In this document: positions 1 to 11,795 of the stretch, one piece after another
How the letters are laid out: each line of letters opens with the position of its first letter
How positions within the stretch are numbered: position 1 is the first letter of the stretch
Assembly: GCA_951406725.2 (NCBI GenBank)
Contig: OX597816.1
Span: 101,928,001-101,992,000 of the forward strand
From: Octopus vulgaris
Lineage: Eukaryota
Direction: 5' to 3'
Length of the DNA: 64,000 nt
Position numbers and translations under genes: made by a program
Notes under the pieces: generated by a model
Told to the model about the DNA's origin: nothing
What the model saw: the letters and a program-made list of their open reading frames with translations, nothing else
The model's database searches: none

Positions 1-31
1 ATAAGAGAGGAAGAAAACAGAGTTAATTTAC

Positions 32-136
32 CATTTTAAAAGTATCATCACTGCCAAATTTTTGTCTGCACCGATCTTCAAGGAAATATATTCTTAATTT
101 CAGGCTAAAGTTTTCTTTTCTCAATTCTTCTATCAA
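32..136 (-). CDS. CDK5RAP2: Coding exon of a CDK5RAP2/centrosomin/myomegalin-family gene, CM1 (Cnn_1N, gamma-TuNA) motif
   Basis: 105 nt, phase 0/0, acceptor ttatattttcAG (137-138), donor GTaaat (30-31). Translates to LIEELRKENFSLKLRIYFLEDRCRQKFGSDDTFKM, matching the CM1 consensus (I.EL.KENF.LKLRIYFLEE). The gene continues beyond the left edge. Invertebrate genes of this family are co-orthologous to CDK5RAP2 and PDE4DIP. Confidence 0.93.
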
Positions 137-769
137 CTGAAAATATAACAAAGATTGAAAATAATATTGAGAGAAAAAAAATATAAAACTAAAAACCAAA
201 CATACAATAGTTGATCACTTTTGATACATCATCAGTTTCTTAAGTGTGTGTTGTTAACCTTTCACAAATTAGGTGAGAAAAGCAAAAAATGCCCTCGACC
301 TTTCAGGTTCTCTGATATCAATTTTCATTCTGCTATTTTTATTAATGGTGGAGCAATGAAAAATGCAAGGCATTTTTCAAAGGTATGACCCTCTCCATAG
401 AAGGTTGGTCATACTTTTGGAAAAAGTTTAAAGAAAAAAAAAAACTACAACTGTGATGGTGGTATATTTAGTAGCTCACCAACAAAAGAAAAAGTGAGAA
501 GTGATGCGATTAATGGAGAGGAGGCAGCCATCAAAAGCCTCTCCTTCATGACTTTCAATGAAGAAGACTTCCCCTTCACCCTATTAGCAATGTATCCACT
601 ACAACTCCACAACAATCAATACTGAGGAGAAAAGGAATAGCAGTAATCATAACAGCCTATCAAACAGCCACATTATCAACAATAACAAACTGCTGAGTAA
701 CATCAAAACGAACTGTGACACCATCACCACCACATGAGAAAGAGCCATTGTCAATTTTATAGGCATAGA

Positions 770-1130
770 AGTGCTGTCAGATGGTCTGCAAGGGATGCAT
801 GGAGAGCAACTAAACTGTTCTACATGTACTTGTTCGGTGTCTTAACACTGCTCACTTGTGTAGATATGTCAAAAAAGTTGTTGTCATGTGCAGGATGAAT
901 CCAGCCATTAGCTGAGACCATTGTCTAGATCATCTTACCACCCTCCTATGGCTGGAAAGGGGAAACAGTTTCCTTCTATCAAGTGGTTGTAGTGAAAGAA
1001 GTTATGTGTCAAAAAATTACTTTAAAGGATTGAAAACAAATGAAATCGAGGGTGGAGATCTAAGTGCTCTTCTCCAGCAAATTTGTTGAAAGGTGGGCGA
1101 GAGTGGCAAATATGACCATGTGAATGAGTT
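770..1130 (+). mobile_element. Degraded 3' end of an L1/Tx1-type LINE (zf-RVT zinc knuckle)
   Basis: From 781: MVCKGCMESN*TVLHVLVRCLNTAHLCRYV (CxxC...TxxHxxxxC motif). Further on, SSKFVERWARVA resembles a C-terminal segment. Stops and frameshifts present. Confidence 0.55.
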
Positions 1131-2694
1131 TACTTGCAGTATGCACTTGTAAGCTGTGGAATACAGCTGGGAAGAGTACCCCCTCTTGATTTTGTAGGGT
1201 TTACTTGGTTAACCTTGGGTGGTTCTTGTCTCCAACCTGTTACAGTTCTGTTTTCATTGATAGTGTACTGTTATTAGTAATTGCTACTTTCACCTCATGC
1301 AATGCAAACCTTTGCTGTTTCATATCTTGTACTGTTGAGGCTTTTGAGAATATATAGAACTAGGATATACACTGGTATCAGAAAACTGCAAAAATTCATT
1401 AAATGAAGCAATTTATCTGATGAACAGTAACAATAATTAATATATTTCAAATCAAAAACTGATCTTTACCACTGTCTATGAATTCCTTACTAAGACCAAA
1501 CATTTTCTCTTTATTCCCAACCATTACCAGAATATGGCATTTAGTTTTATTTATTTTAGAACAAGATTTTTTGAGAGATTTCTCTCTTACTTGAAAGAAT
1601 GTTTGTCCATCATATATACTTTTTTATTGTGAACTCAGCACTTCAAGCTCAGGAAACATGACTTTTTTACAGTATGAATTTATGAGAGTTATTTGCAAAG
1701 TGAATTATGTGACGCTGAGGGTATAACAACAAGAGAATATGAACCAATGACACAATGGCCAGTAAGTTGTTCATGTAATGCTAGCAACTCTCAAAACCCT
1801 TTATAATATATACTGAGAAAGACAATTTAGCCAGCAACAACATTAATAACAAATTATTCCAGTTATTATCTAAAAGTGAAGAATTTTATATTTTAAGAAA
1901 TATATTTTGTTGTTACAAAAAATAGAAATTAAATAAAATAATCAGTGAATATATAAAAAAGAGAAAAAAAAACAGACAGATTAAATACAAAACATAAGTT
2001 CATCCCAATGACATTTAGGCATGGCAAAATAGAGTATCCGGAACTAGACTACTGTAAAACAAGCTTCTCAAACTATGATTCACAGATGTACATGAGTTTT
2101 AATAATTAAGAGGCTATTATTGCACTGAAACATGACTGACAATAACAAAGTATTCATATCCTTGAATTTATGTAGTTCAGTGAATGAACAAGCAAACATC
2201 ATCCCTCTTTATTAATTATTCCACAGAAACTATGTATTGTGTATTTTATATATATATATAATGGAAAACTAAAACTAAGGGATAATATTCCAGGATACAT
2301 TTTTTGGTGGTGGTGGTGGGGGTGTTTATCTTCGAAACTAGTTAATGCCTGCTGTTGTACATATTACTATGAACTAATGAATGTTTTATTATTGGAATTC
2401 AACAGATAATAGATGACTATATGGTTACAGAAGTAAAACATAATAATTTGTACCAAACCTGGGACTAAGTAAAGAAACTGATGAGCAATTTCATCGACTG
2501 CTAAATTATTGCTGTGCTTATATCTACAAAGCCAAAAGAATAAAAAATGGCCATGTCATTGTTGTCATTGGGACTAAGGATACTAATGAATAATTTCATA
2601 AAAGATAAAACAGTTAAGACCTCTGAAATAAACATTGCTGGGTTTATATGACAAAGTAATAGAAAGCTAAAAGAATAAAAAGTGGACGATGACA

Positions 2695-2900
2695 ATGATG
2701 TCCATCATCATTGAAACATCCATGTTCCATGTTTGCACGAGTTGGATGGTCAGACAAGATACGGGTTCAAGGACTGCATCATGTTCCAGTGTCTGTTTTG
2801 GCATGGTCCACATGGTTGGATGCCTTCCCTAATACCAACCACTTTACAGCATATACTAGGTGCTTTCTGGAGTCACCAACACTTTTGAGGTCACCATGCA
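2695..2900 (-). mobile_element. RTE-type 3' tail remnant (SINE or LINE end)
   Basis: (CAT)n start followed by catccatgttccatg...ggatgccttccctaataccaaccactttacag. The first part is the reverse complement of the RTE-type tail seen at 11740-11795. Confidence 0.55.
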
Positions 2901-4449
2901 GCTTGCAAGACTAAGGACTCCAAGGGATGTGGGTGCTGACTTTATACTAGAAGACAAGGGGTTAATGTATGAGAAAAGAAGGGATCAGTGCAGGTTCTTG
3001 TAGAAAATCTGCATGGCTACTCACATTTAATAGGAGAGGGAGAGAAATGATAAGTAGGAGCTGCAAAGAGGTAGTTAGTGGTGATGAGGTACCCAGGTGG
3101 CTCTTAAGATAAAAGATGAATAGAAGTGGGTGGGTGGCTTGAAAGACTGTAAGGGGAGCTGGAAATGTCTGTTTAAATAAGAGATCTGATACAACATGTT
3201 TGCATAATTGTTTCTTTCACTGAGCCAGTCCCAACTTCCAAAGTCCATTCTTACCTTAGGTTCTCATTAGGCTTCCAGTAAGTAATACATAATTCTTTTG
3301 CATCACTGCATGTCACACAGTTAAACACAAAGAGAACCAACCTATGGATAATAGCATTATAGCATCTCTTATAACCTCCCTATACGATAAGCACAGCTTA
3401 AAAAGGTATAGAATTTTATCCACTTCATAAATGTGGAATATTGATTTCTAACTTCAGCCTAAGGGGGAGTCAACCAGAGGAGGGTGTAGTTGACTTAAAT
3501 GACTAACAGTACATGACGGGTATTTATTGAGTTCGTGAAGGGTCAGAAGACACTGATCTTGACAATGCTCCATCAATTCTGCTATGCACCACTCTAACAA
3601 CAACAACAATGATGTCAGCAGCAATGACAATTTCTATTACTTGCTACAAGGAGTCTAGACAGAGGATGATAATAACAACAAGAACTTCTTTAATTGGCTA
3701 TAGAGGCAGCAGATGAATAGTACATAATAATAATAATAATAATAACGATGTTGGTTTTCATAATAATTTTATATAAACGAGATTGATCTACAGAAAGCAA
3801 AATAGGAAACTGTGAAACTTATACTTTAACCCAAAGGCATTAGTGATATAAATAAAAGAAAAATTGTACCAGCTTGAAAGTAGGTCACAGATGAGCACAC
3901 TGTGAGCTTATCTCAAATGGTTGCCAGTTTTATAGGCAAATCCCAGATTCCTATAATAAAGCCCCAGAGGTGAAATAAGACTGTACAGGGTTCATTAGCA
4001 ATGCAAATGAAATGAAGTGAAAAACCAGATCACAGGTTTACTCTAACATTCTCACTTCAGAAAATGGAAGTAGGAATCTGACTGGACATTTAACCTAAAT
4101 TATATATAGGCAGAAGCTATATTTTGAAGAGAACAATCAACAGAATTTGCCTGATGTATATATACACACTAACAAAATCCTGTCATAGTAACTGATTCTA
4201 ATAGCTGCTTTCTCTAATCACTTTACAAGATAGCGAAAATAAAACTTCCTCTGTAGCTTAATATAAATATATTTTAGATGAATCTCTTTCTTTAACATTC
4301 ACACTCTTTCTATTACTTTCTTTTCTTTCCCTTCTCTCTAATTCTCTTGAACCATTTTCCCCTCCACTGTCTTTCATTCAAATACACAATCTATATGTAA
4401 AATTTGCTGTAATTCTATTGATTTGGTAAGTTCTGTAAGCTAAGAGCAG

Positions 4450-4870
4450 GAGCTTATCTCAACAGAGCTCACTTTGATCAATAGAAATAATATTCCAACT
4501 GCAATCAACAACAAAGGTTAGGCTTTCCATTGAGGACTGAAAATACTTTAGTTCTAAACAGTTGCTGACCCTGCACAAGACATGAGTGTGGCCTACATTA
4601 GAATGCAGCTTTATATATCTGGGGCAGTTCTGCTGCTACACAAACACCACAGACTGCATTTAAAAAATGGCCATCTGACTGATAAGAAAATCTTCGTTCA
4701 CCAAAAACATTACAACCATTATGCCAATGAATTACTGTGTCCTCCCCTGAACTTATAAGCTAGATACTACCCCCATCCAAAATACTCACCTTGTTTCATT
4801 TACACTACCACCACCAAACACTCACCAATCTTCCCTCTCCAGAAACAAAATCCTCTGTAACTCCTTCTCA
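4450..4870 (+). mobile_element. Degraded CR1/L2-group LINE 3' ORF remnant
   Basis: KYFSSKQLLTLHKT*VWPTLEC resembles the LLTLYKAQVRPxMEY post-RT motif. Heavily mutated. Confidence 0.5.
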
Positions 4871-5017
4871 TTCATTTTACAGACACTGAACATTTATCAC
4901 TCAAGCTTCACTAGCCTAAAAGGACTATGAATCCAACCCTTCTTCTTCAGAACTAAATAATGATGAGAGCATTAACTGTAGGTTAAACAAAGGTAAAAAA
5001 AAAATCATGTTACTTAC

Positions 5018-5085
5018 CTGTTCACACTCTTTCATAGTGTTCGTTCGCATAGGGGTAAGGTGACCACTGACATTGGGGGAATTGA
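5018..5085 (-). CDS. CDK5RAP2: Coding exon of the CDK5RAP2-like gene, upstream of the CM1 core
   Basis: 68 nt, acceptor ttatttcAG (5086-5087), donor CAG|GTAAGT (5016-5017), phase 1 in and 0 out. Encodes (V)NSPNVSGHLTPMRTNTMKECEQ, resembling the SP.R.R.MK.FE.Q segment that precedes CM1 in CDK5RAP2, and joins in frame to exon 32-136. Confidence 0.9.
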
Positions 5086-6399
5086 CTGAAATAACCAAGA
5101 AATAAATAGATGCATAAAAGTTTTTGTGGTGGTTGTGCTTCTACCTCACACAAGAATGCTTTGAGAAACAATAGATACAAATTGCAGGAAATAAATATTG
5201 CACAATTTTTTAAGATTGCATGTGTGCATGAGTGTGTGTGTATACTTCATTTAATTACAAACAAAAGCAAAAAGTAAAATCAGTAGATAGCTTAAATCAA
5301 TTAGACTTAGGAACAATTCAAACCCATTGCTAGAATGCAATGCAGCAACATAACATGTCAATTTATTGGTCTCACAAATGCACTAGTGTATTGATTGAAA
5401 ATATTATCCAAAAATGGCATTGAGAAAACTTATATTGTGCTCAGAGAAAACACATTTAAGAGAAAGCATAGACAATGTAGACTTTTCTGAAAAGAAACAA
5501 AAGAAATTCTATTTCATTATTTTAGTACTAGAAAGCTTGTTAATAATTGAAACTGCAACATTTTACATTGTCATTAAGATGCTCATAGTTGAGAAGTACT
5601 GCAACTCATTGTAGCCTTTTCTGAGATATTCAACATTAATATGAGTCTGTGTCAAAATGCAAACATGAGAAGAAACATCTCATAAAGAATCCTTCCAATA
5701 ACAGAATAGAATCTTCCTTTAGCAGGAATTAGATTTTATTCCATTTTTATGGGGGGGGGGTTAATGAAACTACAATGTTCTTTGTGTCTCTAAACTAGCC
5801 AATGTAGCCATCTAAGTTAACTGAATACATTTACCTTTCCTCTTTCTACAACTCACACCATATGTATTTAGATCCCACACTAAATGTTCTTTCCCAAACT
5901 TTCTCCTTGAAACTGTATTATTGAAGCATTCCCTCTAGTGATGTCTCAACTAGTTCTAGTCAAATATAGGTTTCACATGACATACATGATAAGAATGGAT
6001 GGTGGGAAATGGTTTTAAAATGTTACAAGCTGTTAACCAGAATAACACTTGAAAATGTAAAAGTCCATTCAACTATATAAAGCCTTTAAGTGGTTGTGCT
6101 TAGAAGGAAAGTATTTTCTTGAACAGGAGCTTATTTCAAACAAAATTTCCTGATGAACTGGTACCTAATTCTGAGAACAAGGTGAACTAAGAAGAAAAGA
6201 CTCAGATGATTTTAATAATAATGCTCAAATACATGAAATACTTGTAGTAGATTGTAACTCAAACTCATAGTACTAATACCATATCTAATTGATAATTTCA
6301 CTACTAGATATGATGTAGACCACAAACTATGTGGCCTAAGGATGTTGCCATGGTAGTAAAACAAAAGTATAAAATGTAGATATACAAAAGCTGGAAAGA

Positions 6400-6740
6400 A
6401 ATGAGGCAAGCATATTCCATTGAATGTTTCCATTGAATGTTAGTGTGCACAAATAATTAAGCACAAATAAGCTAAGAGAAAAATTGGCTGCAAGTGGAAT
6501 CAGATGTAGTGTGCAAGAGCAGAAACTGTGCAGATGTGGCCATATGATGCATATGAAGGACAACAGTTGAAGAACCTGCTGAAGAGGAAGACTGAAGAAG
6601 ACATGGGAAGAAGTGGTGAAGGCCAACCTCAAGAGACCGAAGCTCAGTGAAATGATAAGTGATGTGAAGTCATCGTCATCATCAAGCCCTGCCCAATTTA
6701 AGTGAGAATGGAAAGACTGGCATAAAGAGATTGTGATGAA
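6400..6740 (+). mobile_element. RTE LINE 3' fragment
   Basis: IRCSVQEQKLCRCGHMMHMKD...KTWEEVVKANL corresponds to the RTE C-terminal RLRWYGHV.R...GRP.KTW motifs. Ends in a degenerate (GAT)n-like tail. Confidence 0.65.
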
Positions 6741-9471
6741 GAAAATTCAAGCAAGAATGGTGGCAGATAAAATCCTCTTGAAAATTGTGATGTAAAACAG
6801 AAAAGCATACATCAAAATAATGGCAACAGCAAATGTTAATGTTTAATTTATGAGAAATGAATATATTTCTACTTATAAATTCTGCACTAATCTTGAAATC
6901 ACACCATATTGTATCACATCATATTATTATGATGAAGGAAGTAAAATTTGTTTTGCAATGTAAATCATACTTTAAAGATTTTATTAGAATAAAAAATACC
7001 TCCTACATTAAAAGTGAACAGACAAGATTGCTAAATTACTCACACAAATTACATGAAAACATCTACAATAATCAAATTAGAAAGTGTTATTTTTATTCCA
7101 TTTTTTTGTTTCTCTCTGTGGGGATCATGCCATGTAAAAGCATCTCACTGAAGTTATTTTCAACATGAAGCTCCAATATACATAGCAGGTTAAATAGTAA
7201 CACTGAGCAGTTGCATTCCAGAGAGAAAAACTTATACAACCAGCTATTACTGCCACCTGACAAACTAAAGTCTGTGTGTGCTTCTAATAACAAACATTGA
7301 CAAACATTCTTCCCATCTTTGAATAAATCATTTGCATCTCCTGAGTAAGTTCTCCTCTTACAAAATAGAGATCAAAAAACAGAACTCAATATGGGCCCTT
7401 ATACACTCTGCAAGTAGCAAGGTAAAACACACAGTCTGTACTACATTTAAATGATAAAAACAATGTTTATTAGTAAGGGTAACCTGTTTGAAAGTACTAA
7501 TAACACTAGACAATATTTCTTGAAGGATTAATTATTTTTCAGGTTCTAGAAATAGACCTTTACACAAATATAGCAAGAATGCAAACTGCAAAAATAAGTA
7601 GAATTTTTACCTACAGGTAATGTTACTCTACTGTAAAGGCAAATGGGGATATATATTTTCATCACATATAAATCAACGATAGGGTTAGATATAGGATACA
7701 TTGAGTTTCAGAAGATTTTATTGCTAATGTACACAGCAATAGATCTCATCCTCTCTAAATCAGACTGGAATTTATTTTATTTTTTAATGACATGGTCTAA
7801 CCAGACAGTGATAATAAAATTAGTAATTATTACTGTTACTGCACCTCACTGGACATCTATTTCTAGCTAACTTTTTCAAATTCCATGCATTAAATTGTTA
7901 ATGAGGTTAGAATAAGATCAACACAAGTTAGAAAAATTAAAATAATAATAGTCATTGACTACTATCATGTTTTCCATACTGCATAATTATTTCTAGTTAA
8001 CTTTTTAAAATCCTTCCTGTCCTAGTATGTTAATACTAACTTGCCTATTAGTGAATGTAACCCTAAATAAACCAAATTTATAACTTGAATAACTTAGAAA
8101 TTTTGAAATAAGAAAAACAGATACTGCCAAACCATCACAAAAGAAACCAGAGAGAAATTTTTAAAAAAAAGGAAGAAAATTAACCATACTGCAATGGGCT
8201 AATCCCAATATTATAAATGTAGCTTTTAAAACCAGGCTTGATAATAGCTAAATTAAGTTTGCACCTGCATTTTTTTCCTGAATCACTGGCCAGTCTGCAG
8301 AATCAGTACTTATAACAGTTGTCTTCTGTCACACAACTGTAGCTAAGCAGTATTAGTTAAATAGTTGTTTTTATTACAGTAAGATAAAAGTTATCTTCTA
8401 TCCACAGACACACTTTTCTCTCTCTCTCTCTCTCTCTCTCTCATGGAAAGAGAAAGAGAATAATAAAAACAAACAAACTGTAATTGAGACAGCTTGTTTA
8501 ATATGAAATATTTTTTATAACAAAACTTAATATTTAGTGGCAAATTGCTTAGCCTTGAGGGTGACTTTCACCATATTCTTCCACTAAACTTTTAGTCTCA
8601 CAGTGAAAGGTAAATAGGTTTTTTTGTTCCATGAAATGAAAAAGAACACACATCTTCTGTCCACAGAGAAATTAGTAATTTACAGTCATTTATAGCATAC
8701 ATGAACTTGTACACAGCTAAATTTGTCTGTAATTTACTTAACATTGCATATGTTGACAATGTGCTTTATTCACTAATAATAAATTACACAACAATTTTTG
8801 GATAATTTGAAAATAATGTAAGGTATATCTCTTGATAAAATACAATTTTATCCTATGACAAACATATAAACAAAGTTAACTTCACAAAGTGTGGCTAACA
8901 TTATATGTTTGTCAAAAAAGGTACATCTTGTCCAAGAATGCTATATAGGGTATTACTAATTAATTATCCATAGTGATAGTGCATGCACTGTTATGCAAAT
9001 TAAATACACTAGCCTAGCTGTGTTCAAGCTTGTACACACACTATAAAAACTAAGATCAATTAATTTCTCAATGGACAGAAAGCAGGTGGTATTTTTTTTC
9101 TCTGATGAAATTCTAAGAAGCATAGAACCTAGTCAGACTGACCCAACTTTTCTATTACACTTATTCAATAGATAATCTTTTACATGAAATTTCAAAATAT
9201 GAAATATTTTCAAGTATATTTCATATAACTACAAATTCTGTTAAATGTGCATTTGATATGCATTATATAGCTAAAAATTGAAAATGTATTTCTGAAAAAA
9301 CTTGGTGTGATGCACAAATTCTAAGAGCAGATTTGAAATTAGTGCCCCAGTATTAGATAACATGGATGATTTCATGAAAAAAGTGAAACTTTGTTTTCAA
9401 ATTCCAGCTTAGTGCAATCATTTCAAAATCTAAACTACTTTTGGATTGAAGCAATTTAAATAAAGGATATT

Positions 9472-9473
<2 letters not shown>

Positions 9474-9506
<33 letters not shown>
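9474..9506. repeat. (CT)n microsatellite
   Basis: Pure CT run. A similar run lies at ~8416-8442. Confidence 0.95.
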
Positions 9507-9509
<3 letters not shown>

Positions 9510-9564
9510 AAAAAAATATACACACATACAATTACAACAGCAAATGAAAATATATTATATTTAC

Positions 9565-9641
9565 CTGTTAGGGAGACCTGCTCAGGAGAGTCCTCCAAGT
9601 CTAGACATTCCCCTTCTCTCATCTTGTCTGACTGATTTTCA
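9565..9641 (-). CDS. CDK5RAP2: Coding exon of the CDK5RAP2-like gene (N-terminal acidic segment)
   Basis: 77 nt, acceptor tcttttaattacAG (9642-9643), donor CAG|GTAAAT (9563-9564). Encodes ENQSDKMREGECLDLEDSPEQVSLT plus G. The terminal G completes GTC (Val) with the next exon, so phases match. Confidence 0.78.
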
Positions 9642-10102
9642 CTGTAATTAAAAGAAAAATACAAGAATTATAATATAATGACAGAATAACATATTGAAAT
9701 TAATAAAAAATGACTAATAACAAGAGAATTAATCGATGCATACAGCTGAAGAAATTCTAATGAAAGTTATTGCATAAAAAAAGAACACAATAATGATAAT
9801 AATTTGAAAGCATTGTTTCAAAGGAATATACTTAAGTAAAGCATTTAACTGTTTGGAAAACAGAAGAGAAATATGTATGTCTGACTAAAACTGTTTAAAA
9901 CCAGATACAGATCATTGTAATAAACCAAGATGTCTCAGTAAGATATTGATTTCTTACATAGGCACATGAGCTGACATTCATGCAAGAGATAAAATGAAAC
10001 TATAGCAAAAATGAAGGGAAATGGGTTCTACCAAAAACATAAACATTTTGGATTCTGTTCTCTAGGAACTTACTTCTATTAAACTATAATTGCTATTTTA
10101 TT

Positions 10103-10572
10103 CAGTTCTATATTTAAGAGATGAGGAATTATGTAAATTATTTACATTTGATGGATATTTGTCTTCATCTTGTTTGTTGTTAACACGTTTCAGCTGATAT
10201 ATCCTCCAACCTTCATCAGATGTCTTGGGGAAATTTCGAACCTGTGTTCTCATTCCTAAGGTATTTTTCGATGATGATGATGTTGTTGTTGTTGTTATTA
10301 TTATTATTATTCAGGTCACTGCCTGGAATCGAACTCAGAATCTTGGGGTTTAGTAGCCCACGCTCTTAACCCCAAGATTCTGAGTTCGATTCCAGGCAGT
10401 GGCCTGAATAATAATAATAATCATAATAAAAATAACATTGAAAAATACCCTGGAATGAGAACCCAGGTTCGAAATTTACCCAAGACACCTGATGAAGGCT
10501 GGAGGGTATATCAGCCGAAACATGTTAACAACAAACAAGATGAGGACAAATATCTGTAAAATGTAAATAATG
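10103..10572. mobile_element. Fold-back insertion of a tRNA-headed SINE-like element with a hammerhead-like (Penelope-type) body
   Basis: Inverted arms ~10137-10350 and ~10368-10571. tRNA-like head on the minus strand (GTTAAGAGCG...GAGTTCGATTCC B-box). CTGATGA-A-GGCTG...CAGCC-GAAAC at 10489-10521. Flanked by tgctattttatt (10091-10102) and tgctactttatt (10573-10584), an 11/12 target-site duplication. Confidence 0.75.
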
Positions 10573-10592
10573 TGCTACTTTATTATTATTTA

Positions 10593-11020
10593 GGTAGTGA
10601 ACTGGCACAATTGTTAGCATGCTGGGCAAAATGCTTAGTGGTATTTCATCTGTGTTTATGTTCTGAGTTCAAATGTCACTGAAGTCAACTTTATCTTTCA
10701 TCCTTTCAGGATCAATTAAGTAAGTACCAGTCAAGCACTGGGTTTGGTATAATCAACAAGCCCCTTCACCCACCCAAAATTCCAGCCCTTGTACCTACAG
10801 TAAAAAGGATTCTGCAGCAGCAGTTTGGATGGTGAATGGCAGAATCAGCAAAGTATCGAACAAATTACATTGTGTTACTTAGTTGTTTATGTTCTGAGTT
10901 CATATCCTGCTGGAATCACCTTTACCTGTCCTCCTTCTGCTGTTGACGAAGTAACAGTCAAGCATTAGGGTTGCACCTTCCTCTAAATGTGTCTTATGTC
11001 TATGCTAGTTATCAGTATTA
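10593..11020 (+). mobile_element. Two tandem tRNA-derived SINE copies (central box tttcatcctttc.g.tc.at.a.taagtacc)
   Basis: A-box-like tggcacaattgttagc, B-box-like gagttcaaat, conserved central box, tail ccttgtacctacagtaaaaaggatt. A second, more degraded copy follows from ~10830. Confidence 0.75.
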
Positions 11021-11239
11021 GAATTGCTAGGTTATCAAAAAGCTTGTGTTTTTGAATTTGCATGGGCCACATTCAAGGTCATGAGATGTTAACTACCTCC
11101 AAACCCTCAATTCACCAGATTCACAGTCTTATATGAAGGAAACAGAACTTTATTTTTATATTCCACATGAAGATAAGAATGCAAATGAGAAATATTAATG
11201 TTAAGTGAAAAATCAGTAACACTATACAATGCATGAATT

Positions 11240-11795
11240 ATTAATAGAGGGAGACCTAGAAAGACATGGGATGAGGTGGTGAAGCATGACCTTCAAATGT
11301 TGGGCCTCAGAGAGGCAATGACAAAAGACCAAGACCTCTAGAGATATGCTGTGACTGAGAAGACCCGTCAAATAAAGTGAGTTCGCAGCTGTAACATACA
11401 CCAGTGTCACATAACCAGCCCACTTAAAATGTACCTTGGATCGTAGGGTGACATGCCGTGCTTGAGGAAACCTATTGCGTCAAGTACATCAAAATCAAGC
11501 AGAAATTGTAGCTGTGATCCCCATGCCGGTGGCACGTAAAAAGCACCGTCCGAATGTGGCCGATGCCAGTGCCACCTTGACTGGCTTCCATGTCAGTGGC
11601 ACGTAAAAAGCACCAATTAATCGTGGTCATTGCCAGCCTACTCTGGCCCCTGTGCTGGTGGCATGTAAAAAGCACCCACTATACTCTCAGATCAGACTAG
11701 AGCCTGGTGCAGCCGGCTTCCCAGACACCAGTCAAGCCGTCCAACCCATGCCAGCGTGGAAAACGGACGTTAAACAATGATGATGATGATGATGA
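11240..11795 (+). mobile_element. RTE LINE 3' end with repeated 3' UTR units and (GAT)n tail
   Basis: RGRPRKTWDEVVKHDLQMLGL.EAMTKDQDL*RYAV. Three copies of gtggca(c/t)gtaaaaagcacc. Ends ggacgttaaacaatgatgatgatgatgatg. Confidence 0.8.

Noticed and set aside
10311-10400. tRNA gene
   Set aside because: Only a partial A-box, anticodon arm and T arm are present, with no acceptor stem. It is a SINE head, as are the other B-box matches in the window.
11515-11680. Three spaced copies of gtggcacgtaaaaagcacc resembling a CRISPR array
   Set aside because: The spacers are partly similar to each other, the context is a eukaryotic RTE 3' UTR and there are no cas genes; these are internal tandem units of the retroelement.
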